This document shows positions 52,891-64,000 of a DNA stretch of 64,000 nt, one piece after another. Position 1 is the first letter of the stretch; each line of letters begins with the position of its first letter. Origin of the DNA: Eledone cirrhosa (lineage: Eukaryota). The notes beneath the pieces are model-generated. The model ran no database searches. It was not told the DNA's origin and saw nothing but the letters and a program-made list of their open reading frames with translations. Where the stretch lies: the NCBI GenBank assembly GCA_964016885.1, contig CAXHJY010000518.1, positions 62,001-126,000 of the forward strand. Direction: 5' to 3'. The position numbers and the translations under genes were made by a program.

Positions 52891-54755
52891 GGTTCATTAA
52901 CCGAAAACCCCCAAGAGATATATGAAATACTGAACGAACAGTAAAAAAGTTTGTTCACATGTCCACTGAGGCACATGCAAATAACGAAGCCAGAGGAGTT
53001 CTTTGATGCCACAACACTACATGAAGAAATGGCAACCATCAACCACATAGACATAACGGAGGAGGATGTGGTGTATACCATTGATGAAATTAGAACAGAC
53101 TCGGCTGCTGGACCTGATGGATTCCCAGCAGTTCTCTTAAAAATATGTAAGCTGGCCTTAGCAACTCCACTGAAGATGCTCTTCAGAAGCTCCTTGGCTA
53201 GCGGTGTACTACCCAGGGAGCTGAAAGAAGGCACAATATGCCCTATCCATAAAGGAGGTAGCAGAGCGGAGGCCAAAAACTATAGGCCAGTCTCCCTGAC
53301 GTCGCATATCAGTAAGGTCATGGAGCGAGTCGTCAGAAAGAAACTGATCACTTTCCTCAAGGAAAATGACCGCCTGACTAGCACGCAACATGGCTTCCGC
53401 CCAGGAAGAAGCTGCCTTACACAGCTGCTACATCACTACGACTGGGTACTGAGACAACTACTAGACAGCTCACATGAGGACGTGATATATCTTGACTTTG
53501 CAAAGGCCTTTGACAAGGTCGACCACGGAATGATATGTCACAAACTACACGGACTCAGCATAAATGAAAAAGTAGGTGAGTGGCTGCATGGCTTCCTAAG
53601 GGACAGAAGCCAGGCAGTCGCAGCAAATGGGGCCCTCTCAAAGGAAACACCAATGACAAGTGGGGTGCCTCAGGGGACAGTCCTGGGACCACTACTGTTT
53701 TTGGTGGCTCTCTCAGACATGCCCTCTGTAGTACATACAACAACATCCCTCACTAGCTATGCTGATGACACTAAGGTAGCACAGGCAATCAAAAACCCGG
53801 CTGACGCTGCCCTTTTACAGCAGGATCTGGATGCCATATACAAATGGGCGGAAGAAAACAACATGTAGTTTAATGCTGGCAAATTCCAAGCCCTACAATA
53901 CAAACCTCCAAACAAACCTGCAAACACAAATATAGTGGAACACAACTACACAGGACCAGGAGGGACCGATATCCCCGTGTCAAAATCAATACGAGACCTG
54001 GGCATAGACATGAGCGAGGATCCATCTTTTTCTTCACACATCATGAAAGTGGCGACAATGTGCACACAACTCGCTGGCTGGATCTTGAGGACTTTCCGGA
54101 CAAGAGATCGAGACACCATGTTGACACTATGGAGGACATTTGTCCTAAGCCGCCTGGACTAATGCTCCCAGTTGTGGTCACCCCATAGTGTCAAACTAAC
54201 CACGGAGCTTGATGCAATCCAGCGAAGCTACACCAAGAGGGTTGCCAAGATGAGGGAGACAAGCTACTGGAAGAGGCTGAAGGAACTGAACCTCTACTCC
54301 TTGGAGCGAAGACGGGAGAGATACGCAGTGATCTACATGTGGAAAATCCTGGAGGGACTAACACCAAACTTTGGCATTGGGAGCTGGACCAACCGTCGAA
54401 CAGGACGTCACTGTGTGGTGCCAAAGGTCCCGTCTTCCACATCTAGATGAATGAGCAGGTATTGCAATAGGCTGGGATTCAAGGGCCCTCAACTCTTCAA
54501 CAGGCTGCTGAGGGATCTGAGAGATCTGCATGACGTGGAGGTGGATGTCTTCAAGAAACATCTCAACACCTTGTTATCCAGGATCCCGGATGAGCCGAAA
54601 GCAAGACACGAGGGAAACCTAAGGGCAGCAGCGACAAACTCCCTCTTACACCAGTGGCCAACCTATACAGGCTGGAGATAAAATGTGTAGCAACAAGGGC
54701 GGTGCCCCAGCATGGCCTCAGCCGGATGGCTGAAACAGGTAAAAGAGTAAAAGAG
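52890..54755 (+). mobile_element. 5'-truncated CR1-group LINE (family B), pseudogenised
   Basis: Motifs are [32 protein letters not shown] and LYSLERRRERY. Several stops occur (53866, 54160, 54445). The tail is GTAAAAGA x2 into (TA)n. Confidence 0.9.
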
Positions 54756-54797
54756 TATGTATATATATGTATATATATATATATATGTATATATATG

Positions 54798-54828
<31 letters not shown>

Positions 54829-54881
54829 GTATATATGTATATATATATATGTATATATGTATATATATATATGTATATATG

Positions 54882-54912
<31 letters not shown>

Positions 54913-54947
54913 GTATATATGTATATGTATATATATATGTGTATATG

Positions 54948-55000
<53 letters not shown>

Positions 55001-55053
55001 GTATATGTATATATATATATATGTATATGTATATATATATATATGTGTATATG

Positions 55054-55108
<55 letters not shown>

Positions 55109-55157
55109 GTATATGTATGTTTATATATATATGTGTATATGTATATATGTGTATATG

Positions 55158-55208
<51 letters not shown>

Positions 55209-55315
55209 GTATATATGTATATTTATATGTATATATGTATATGTATATATATATATGTATATATGTATATGTATATATATATGTATATGTATATATATAT
55301 GTATATATGTATATG

Positions 55316-55400
<85 letters not shown>
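54756..55400. repeat. Degenerate (TA)n array
   Basis: Read directly from the sequence. Confidence 0.95.
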
Positions 55401-55403
<3 letters not shown>

Positions 55404-55599
55404 GATAAATCTACCAAGAGTTTACGGTAGTGTCCAATCCGTATGAAGAACTCAATGTAATCCGGATATCATGGAAAGAAGAGATGCAATGAAAAATCAC
55501 TTTCGGTGAAAAATAAACGGAATACAGAGTCAAGATAAAATATTAAAAAAATAATGAATAAAACAATGAAACAGTTCCTTATATTAAACAAAAAAAGTT

Positions 55600-55741
55600 C
55601 ATTATTTAACGATCGTTTCTAGGATATATATGTGTTAGAATTGGCATGCATATTCAACAGATCTATGTACAAAATTATACAAACTATCAAAATTAAATAT
55701 ACATACCAACATATATATATATGCCGTCTTCAGAAATAATG
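55600..55741 (-). ncRNA. Hammerhead with a long helix II
   Basis: Reverse-complement homologue of 36601-36739. Confidence 0.75.
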
Positions 55742-56631
55742 AAATATATTTATTGATAATAACAACAATTCAAAATTACAGGTCTGTTTGGGAACAGAGT
55801 TCAAATTGACCAATGAAAACACAAAAAGTTTATACAGTTAGGTGTGTGTATATATGTAAGTAACTTCGTTCACAGATATGCATAAAAATATATGTTCACA
55901 TGCATACGCATGCCGAAAAGATGTATGTAAATACAAAAATTCAGGGCTAATGTCTCTGTATGTTTATAATCTACAGATAAAATACGTATACGCATATAAA
56001 CACATAAATATAAAAATAAATATATACACATTCATATACTCACACATATACATACATTCACACACACACGCGCGTATACGCATAAACATACACACAACCA
56101 CGAACATACATACACACACACACCCCCACACACATATATGTGTATATACCATTATCATAAGCATATGGACATTAATGCGCGCACATAAACACTGCCACAC
56201 ATATTTAGATCCAGATACAGAAAGTAGGTGGGAGGGGGAGAAGAGGTCAGTATTCACTGGTGTCAGCAAAACTGCCTATTTATAAATGTATCTATAAATT
56301 TAGAAATAAAAAGAAAAAGAAAAAAGAAAAATATTAAGAAAATATATATATATAAAAACAAGTAAAATATAAAATATACATCGATATACATACATATCGA
56401 TATACATACATATACATATATATATATACATACATATACATACACATATACATAAACACATACATACACATACATATACATACACACACCATATAAATAC
56501 ACATATACATACACACACGCATACATATAGAGATACATACATATACTCATATAAATACATAGACATATACGTATATACACACATATATATATATATATAT
56601 ACACACATACATATATATATATACATTCACA

Positions 56632-56672
<41 letters not shown>

Positions 56673-56751
56673 TCTATACACATATATAAACACACTCATG
56701 TATATACACACATACACATACATACCCACACATATACATATATATATATAT

Positions 56752-56788
<37 letters not shown>

Positions 56789-56791
<3 letters not shown>

Positions 56792-56849
56792 TCATCATCA
56801 TCATCATCATTTTACGTCCGCTTTTCCCTGCTTGCAAGGGTGGGACGGG
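56789..56849 (-). mobile_element. RTE/SINE 3' tip of about 60 bp
   Basis: Reverse complement matches 6315-6374. It is absent from the right arm of the inverted repeat. Confidence 0.8.
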
Positions 56850-56940
56850 CAATATATATATATACACACATACATACACACGGGCAATATATATATATAC
56901 ACACATACATACACACACATACACATACACACATACAAAG

Positions 56941-56973
<33 letters not shown>

Positions 56974-56982
56974 TATAATATA

Positions 56983-57019
<37 letters not shown>

Positions 57020-57343
57020 CACATATATATACATACACATACATACACATACATACTTATACATAGACATACATATATACACACACACACATACACACAT
57101 ACATATACGCATATATACACATACATACACATCCATGTATGCGTATACACATACAGACACAACCACACGCTCACACAACTCAGACATACATAAATAAAGG
57201 GATATACATACACATATATACATATATAAATAGAGATACATATACACATATAAATATATACACACATACACACACACACACACATATACATACACATACA
57301 TACACACATACATATATATACACACACATATATATACACATAT

Positions 57344-57377
<34 letters not shown>

Positions 57378-57852
57378 ATAAAAATAAAGAAATAAAAGAA
57401 ATAAATAAATTAATTAATACACATAGTCAGACAAATATGCACACACATACATATACTCATATATATACATACATATATATATACATATATATATATATAT
57501 ACATACATATACATACATATATATATATACACACATACACACATCAACTACAAATATATATATATATATATATATGGAAAGTTATATTTAAATTGTTGGG
57601 TTACAACTAGTAAATATTTATAACTGATATAAAAGCACTCAACAAGTATTTGGAGTATATTTACGATACTAAATAAATGGAAACTACATCTACAAAACCA
57701 CATCTATCTCATCATACATACCTCAGGGACATCACACTAACAATATGTTATGCCCTCCTCAGACAAAATACTGCCAAATCAACTTTTCAAATACAAGTCG
57801 ATGTTGAACGGTATGTCAAATCTATTTATTTATAAAACTGTCTATATTGTAT

Positions 57853-57913
57853 TTTCTCTGAAGAAGGCACAACACATCGTCAATATGACATCCCTGAAAC
57901 ATATATAATGAAA
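57853..57913 (+). ncRNA. Degenerate hammerhead-like motif
   Basis: TTTCT CTGAAGA AGG...CCT GAAA CATATA TA ATGAAA. Helices I and III are imperfect. Confidence 0.5.
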
Positions 57914-58117
57914 CAAACACGGCCCTACAAATACAGCCTCCATTCATTCAATATCGTATATATATATACACACACTCACATATACATGCGCACATACGTA
58001 CATATATACACATACACACATATACACATAGATGTATATACGCGCATACATATACATACACATATATACCCACATAAAAACATAGATACATATATATATA
58101 TATATATATATACATAT

Positions 58118-58166
<49 letters not shown>

Positions 58167-59039
58167 ATCATACACCCTTATTTACATGCGCACATATGTA
58201 TTTTTATACTCACATACAAACACCCAAACATACATACCTACCTACATATACATACATACATCCACGCTTACAAATACAAATAATAATAGGGGGGGAAGGG
58301 GGGGGGGGGGATTATAGTAAATATAGGTTTCAAGAAACATAGAATATTAATCTGCATTTAGATCATAATATGTGTTTACATAGTAGTTTCAGTATTAGGA
58401 AATGTAAGAAAGAAGGCAAAATTATGCATTTTAATATAAGTAGACTATTAATTATAGGTTAACTAAATTAAAGATAGTTAATATATTGATTTCTAAGGTG
58501 TATACTACTTAGGTTTATAATATTTGAAGCGGAATATTGAAGTTAAATAGCAGTAGAGTATTAATTATAGTATAACTAAATTAAAATTATTAACGTTATG
58601 GTATCAATATTAGGAAATGAATTTAGTAATAGGGAAAAAAAACAAATAAAGTATTACATCGGTAGTAGAATATAAATTATAGGTTAACTAAATTAAAAAT
58701 TATATATTAATTTCTATAGTATATGTTAATTAGGTTTATAATAATTAAAACAGATATTGTATTTTATCTATAGTAGAATATAATTATAGGTAAACAGAAA
58801 TTAAAATTAATATATACACATATATATATACACACATATATATATATATATACACATATATATATATATATATATACATATACACATATATATACATATT
58901 TTTTTCAAAAATTGCAAAGAATATATTAACTAGGTATACATCCAAAACCTATCTCAGTCTATGATTACATGACACTCTGCAATCCATCTGTATTAGGATT
59001 TTAATTTTAAGCCAATTAAATTAAATTTTTGAAACCAAA

Positions 59040-60433
59040 TTATTTATCGTGATGACTGTCTTCTTCTTTCCAACAACCTTAGCCTTTCAGAAATAGAAAA
59101 AAACAAAAAGCATATTAGAACTTTCCTTAAAGACTATTATAGTCTTCATATTACTTTTGAAAAAACAAGTAAAGTAGTAAATTTCCTAGATATAACTTTA
59201 GACTTAGCTACGGGTATCTACCAACCTTACCATAAACCCAACCAAAACTTACACTACATACACTCACAATCTAATCACCCTAAATCTATCCTTAAAAACC
59301 TTGCATATAATATATCACTTAGAATTTCTAACCAAGATGTATTTGATAAAAATGCGACCTTCTATAACGAAGCTCTAGATAGAAGTGGCCACAAAAATAG
59401 ATTAGAATATATACCTTCTACTAAAAATACTATAAACATACAACCTAATATTACCAACAAACACCAAATGAAAAGTACACACCTAAATGCCACCCACACT
59501 ATACCCCAAAATACCAACAACTCTTCTAATATAAAGTATAGTAACTCTCAAAAAACTACTCATCATACAACTCTAATAAATGTTAATAATAAAACTCCTA
59601 ATAAACAAGATAAAACACCTAAATCTATAAATCTAACTAAAAATGTGCGTGGTGATATCATTAACATTAATCCTCCTAGTAAACATCACGATACAACCTA
59701 TAAAAATAATAAACAACATAGAAACCGTAATAGACGAGTTACTTGGTATAATGCTCCATTTAATTTACAAATTAAGGATAATATTGCTAAAAAAATTTTT
59801 TATATCCTAGAGAAAAACTTCCCGCCAAACCACAAATACCATCAAATCTTAAATAGGTCTACAGTTAAATTCTCATACTCAACAACCAATAACATAAAAC
59901 AAAATATAAGTGCCTATAATGCATATAAATGTAAGAATACCATAAGTATACCACCAATACATCAAACTAACCATAATATCTCCTCAAGTACAGAATTAAC
60001 GAAAGGTTGTAACTGTAGAAACAAAGCAAACTGCCCATTAAAAGGAAATTGTCTTGTTAACAACATAGTTTATAAATGTAATGTTAAAACTAAAGATTCT
60101 ATTTGCTCATATATAGGAGCTACTTCTAACAATTTTAAGGTAAGGTTTAATACCCACAAACATAGTTTTTAAAATGCCGCACTGGCTAATACAACATCTC
60201 TAGCAGAAAAAATCAATAGTTATAAAAATAAGAATATAGAATATGATATGACCTGGAATGTGCTCAAAAGAGCCACCCCTTATCAAAATAATAGAAATGA
60301 ATCTAGATTATGTTCCCAAGAACTATTTGAAATAATGAAATCTAAGGATATCCTATTAAATAAACGACAGGAATTAATTATATCGTGTAATCATAAACTA
60401 AGAAAAACATTTAAATATTATAAACCTAATTAA
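59040..60433 (+). pseudogene. PLE RT C-terminus plus GIY-YIG remnant
   Basis: It has YRDD, FLDITL, CNCR..CPL.G.CL and IVY..YIG, with a TAA at 60170-60172. Confidence 0.85.
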
Positions 60434-61659
60434 TAACATTATTTTAGAAATTAATATATAATTTAATTTAAATGTTAGTTAACCTATAAATTTAATTTAA
60501 TTAAAATTCTACTACAGATGAGATTATAAAATATTGTGTAATCATAAATTGTGAAAAACTTTTAAATATTACTAATATATACTTCGTAAATTAATTTATA
60601 GATTAATTTTAATTTATTTAACCTTTTATTAAAATTCCTTTACAGATAAAATATAACAAAATATCGTGTATTCAATGACAGAGAAATATTTTTTTAATAT
60701 TATAGACCTAATTATTGTACATTTTAGAAATATATTTATAATTTGGTTTTAATTTGGTTAACCTAAAAATTTAATTTAATTGGCTTAAAATTAAAATCCT
60801 AATACAGATGGATTGCAGAGTGTCATGTAATCATAGACTGAGATAGGTTTTGGATGTATACCTAGTTAATATATTCTTTGCAATTTTTGAAAAAATATGT
60901 ATATATATGTGTATATGTATATGTATATATAAATATATATATATATATATATGTGTATATATATATATGTGTGTATATATATATGTGTATATATTAATTT
61001 TAATTTCTGTTTACCTATAATTATATTCTACTATAGATAAAATACAATATCTGTTTTAATTATTATAAACCTAATTAACATATACTATAGAAATTAATAT
61101 ATAATTTTTAAGTTAGTTAACCTAAAATTTATATTCTACTACCGATGTAATACTTTATTTGGTTTTTTCCCTATTACTAAATTCATTTCCTAATATTGAT
61201 ACCATAACGTTAATAATTTTAATTTAGTTATACTATAATTAATACTCTACTACTATTTAACTTCAATATTCCGCTTCAAATATTATAAACCTAAGTAGTA
61301 TACACCTTAGAAATCAATATATTAACTATCTTTAATTTAGTTAACCTATAATTAATAGTCTACTTATATTAAAATGCATAATTTTGCCTTCTTTCTTACA
61401 TTTCCTAATACTGAAACTACTATGTAAACACATATTATGATCTAAATGCAGATTAATATTCTATGTTTCTTGAAACCTATATTTACTATAATCCCCCCCC
61501 CCTTCCCCCCCTATTATTATTTGTATTTGTAAGCGTGGATGTATGTATGTATATGTAGGTAGATATGTATGTTTGGGTGTTTGTATGTGAGTATAAAAAT
61601 ACATATGTGCGCATGTAAATAAGGGTGTATGATTGTGTGTGTATATATATATATGTGTG

Positions 61660-61696
<37 letters not shown>

Positions 61697-61894
61697 CTAT
61701 GTTTTTATGTGGGTATATGTGTGTATGTATATGTATGCGCGTATATACGTCTATGTGTATATGTGTGTATGTGTATATATGTACGTATGTGCGCATGTAT
61801 ATGTGAGTGTGTGTATATATATATGTATATATATATGTATATATATATATACGATATTGAATGAATGGAGGCTGTATTTGTAGGGCCGTGTTTG

Positions 61895-61955
61895 TTTCAT
61901 TATATATGTTTCAGGGATGTCATATTGACGATGTGTTGTCCCTTCTTCAGAGAAA
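61895..61955 (-). ncRNA. Degenerate hammerhead-like motif (inverted copy)
   Basis: Mirror of 57853-57913, with helix II AGGGA/TCCCT. Confidence 0.5.
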
Positions 61956-62230
61956 ATACAATATAGACAGTTTTATAAATAAATAGATTTGACATACCGT
62001 TCAACATCGACTTGTATTTGAAAAGTTGATTTGGCAGTATTTTGTCTGAGGAGGGCATAACATATTGTTAGTGTGATGTCCCTGAGGTATGTATGATGAG
62101 ATAGATGTGGTTTTGTAGATGTAGTTTCCATTTATTTAGTATCGTAAATATACTCCAAATACTTGTTGAGTGCTTTTATATCAGTTATAAATATTTACTA
62201 GCTGTAACCCAACAATTTAAATATAACTTT

Positions 62231-62294
<64 letters not shown>

Positions 62295-62470
62295 AGTTGA
62301 TGTGTGTATGTGTGTATATATATATATATGTATGTATATGTATGTATATATATATATATGTATATATATATGTATGTATATATATGAGTATATGTATGTG
62401 TGTGCATATTTGTCTGACTATGTGTATTAATTTATTTATTTATTTATTTCTTTTATTTCTTTATTTTTAT

Positions 62471-62504
<34 letters not shown>

Positions 62505-62860
62505 ATGTGTATATATATGTGTGTGTATATATATGTATGTGTGTATGTATGTGTATGTATATGTGTGTGTGTGTGTATGTGTGTATATATTTATATGTGT
62601 ATATGTATCTCTATTTATATATGTATATATGTGTATGTATATCCCTTTATTTATGTATGTCTGAGTTGTGTGAGCGTGTGGTTGTGTCTGTATGTGTATA
62701 CGCATACATGGATGTGTATGTATGTGTATATATGCGTATATGTATGTGTGTATGTGTGTGTGTGTATATATGTATGTCTATGTATAGGTATGTATGTGTA
62801 TGTATGTGTATGTATATATATGTGTATATATATGTATATATATGTGTATATATATATATA

Positions 62861-62923
<63 letters not shown>

Positions 62924-63000
62924 TATATTATGTGTGTGTGTATATATATATATATATATCTTTGTATGTGTGTATGTGTATGTCTGTGTATGTATGTGTG

Positions 63001-63047
<47 letters not shown>

Positions 63048-63440
63048 ATATATATATATATATGTATATGTGTGGGTATGTATGTGTATGTGTGTATATA
63101 CATGAGTGTGTTTATATATGTGTATAGATATATGTATATATATATATATATATATGTGTGTGTTGTGAATGTATATATATATATGTATGTGTGTGTATAT
63201 ATATATATATATATGTGTGTGTATATACGTATATGTCTATGTATTTATATGAGTATATGTATGTATCTCTATATGTATGCGTGTGTGTATGTATATGTGT
63301 ATTTATATGGTGTGTGTATGTGTATGTATGTGTTTATGTATATGTGTATGTATATGTATGTATATATATATATATGTGTATGTATATATATATATGTATA
63401 TGTATGTATGTATATCGATGTATATTTTATATTTTACTTG

Positions 63441-63496
<56 letters not shown>

Positions 63497-64000
63497 CTTA
63501 ATATTTTTCTTTTTTCTTTTTCTTTTTATTTCTAAATTTATAGATACATTTATAAATAGGCAGTTTTGCTGACACCAGTGAATACTGACCTCTTCCCCCC
63601 CTCCCACCTACTTTCTGTATCTGGATCTAAATATGTGTGGCAGTGTTTATGTGCGCGCATTAATGTCCATATGCTTATGATAATGGTATATACACATATA
63701 TGTGTGTGGGGGTGTGTGTGTGTATGTATGTTCGTGGTTGTGTGTATGTTTATGCGTATACGCGCGTGTGTGTGTGAATGTATGTATATGTGTGAGTATA
63801 TGAATGTGTATATATTTATTTTTATATTTATGTGTTTATATGCGTATACGTATTTTATCTGTAGATTATAAACATACAGAGACATTAGCCCTGAATTTTT
63901 GTATTTACATACATCTTTTCGGCATGCGTATGCATGTGAACATATATTTTTATGCATATCTGTGAACGAAGTTACTTACATATATACACACACCTAACTG

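Larger units (their letters stand above)
55400..64000. mobile_element. Naiad-like PLE copy with a large inverted 3' repeat placed at its 5' end; continues beyond the window
   Basis: The coding remnant 59040-60433 (+) is homologous to 32785-34207. The left arm, about 55835-59030, is the reverse complement of about 60760-64000. The terminus at 55400-55830 matches 23406-23744 and 36490-36800. Confidence 0.88.

Overview
This is a gene-free, AT-rich animal (metazoan) window; its tRNA-SINE and RTE tails are consistent with a cephalopod, which is an inference. It consists almost entirely of long degenerate (TA)n arrays into which many mobile elements have inserted. These include a full-length CR1/L2-group LINE (25800-30784, minus) with truncated copies, a second CR1-group LINE, RTE-type LINEs and a partner tRNA-derived SINE, at least four Penelope-like (PLE, RT plus GIY-YIG) families, and an internally deleted Helitron. 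All ORFs made of Y/I/C/M/V/H/T repeats are microsatellite artefacts. Main findings: (1) about 19 type-I hammerhead ribozyme motifs (several degenerate) from about 10 sequence families, mostly with palindromic helix III, lying in PLE termini, short non-coding tandem units (retrozyme-like) and fold-back inverted repeats; (2) the full-length LINE has no ATG ahead of its endonuclease and carries an in-frame U_UUU_UUA slippery site at the start of a -1 ORF1/ORF2 overlap, which suggests a retrovirus-style -1 frameshift, and its ORF1 looks like Myb/SANT plus two CCCH fingers; (3) repeated fold-back inversions, with arms up to at least 3.2 kb, at ribozyme-bearing PLE ends. All structures were read by eye, with no folding software or database search.
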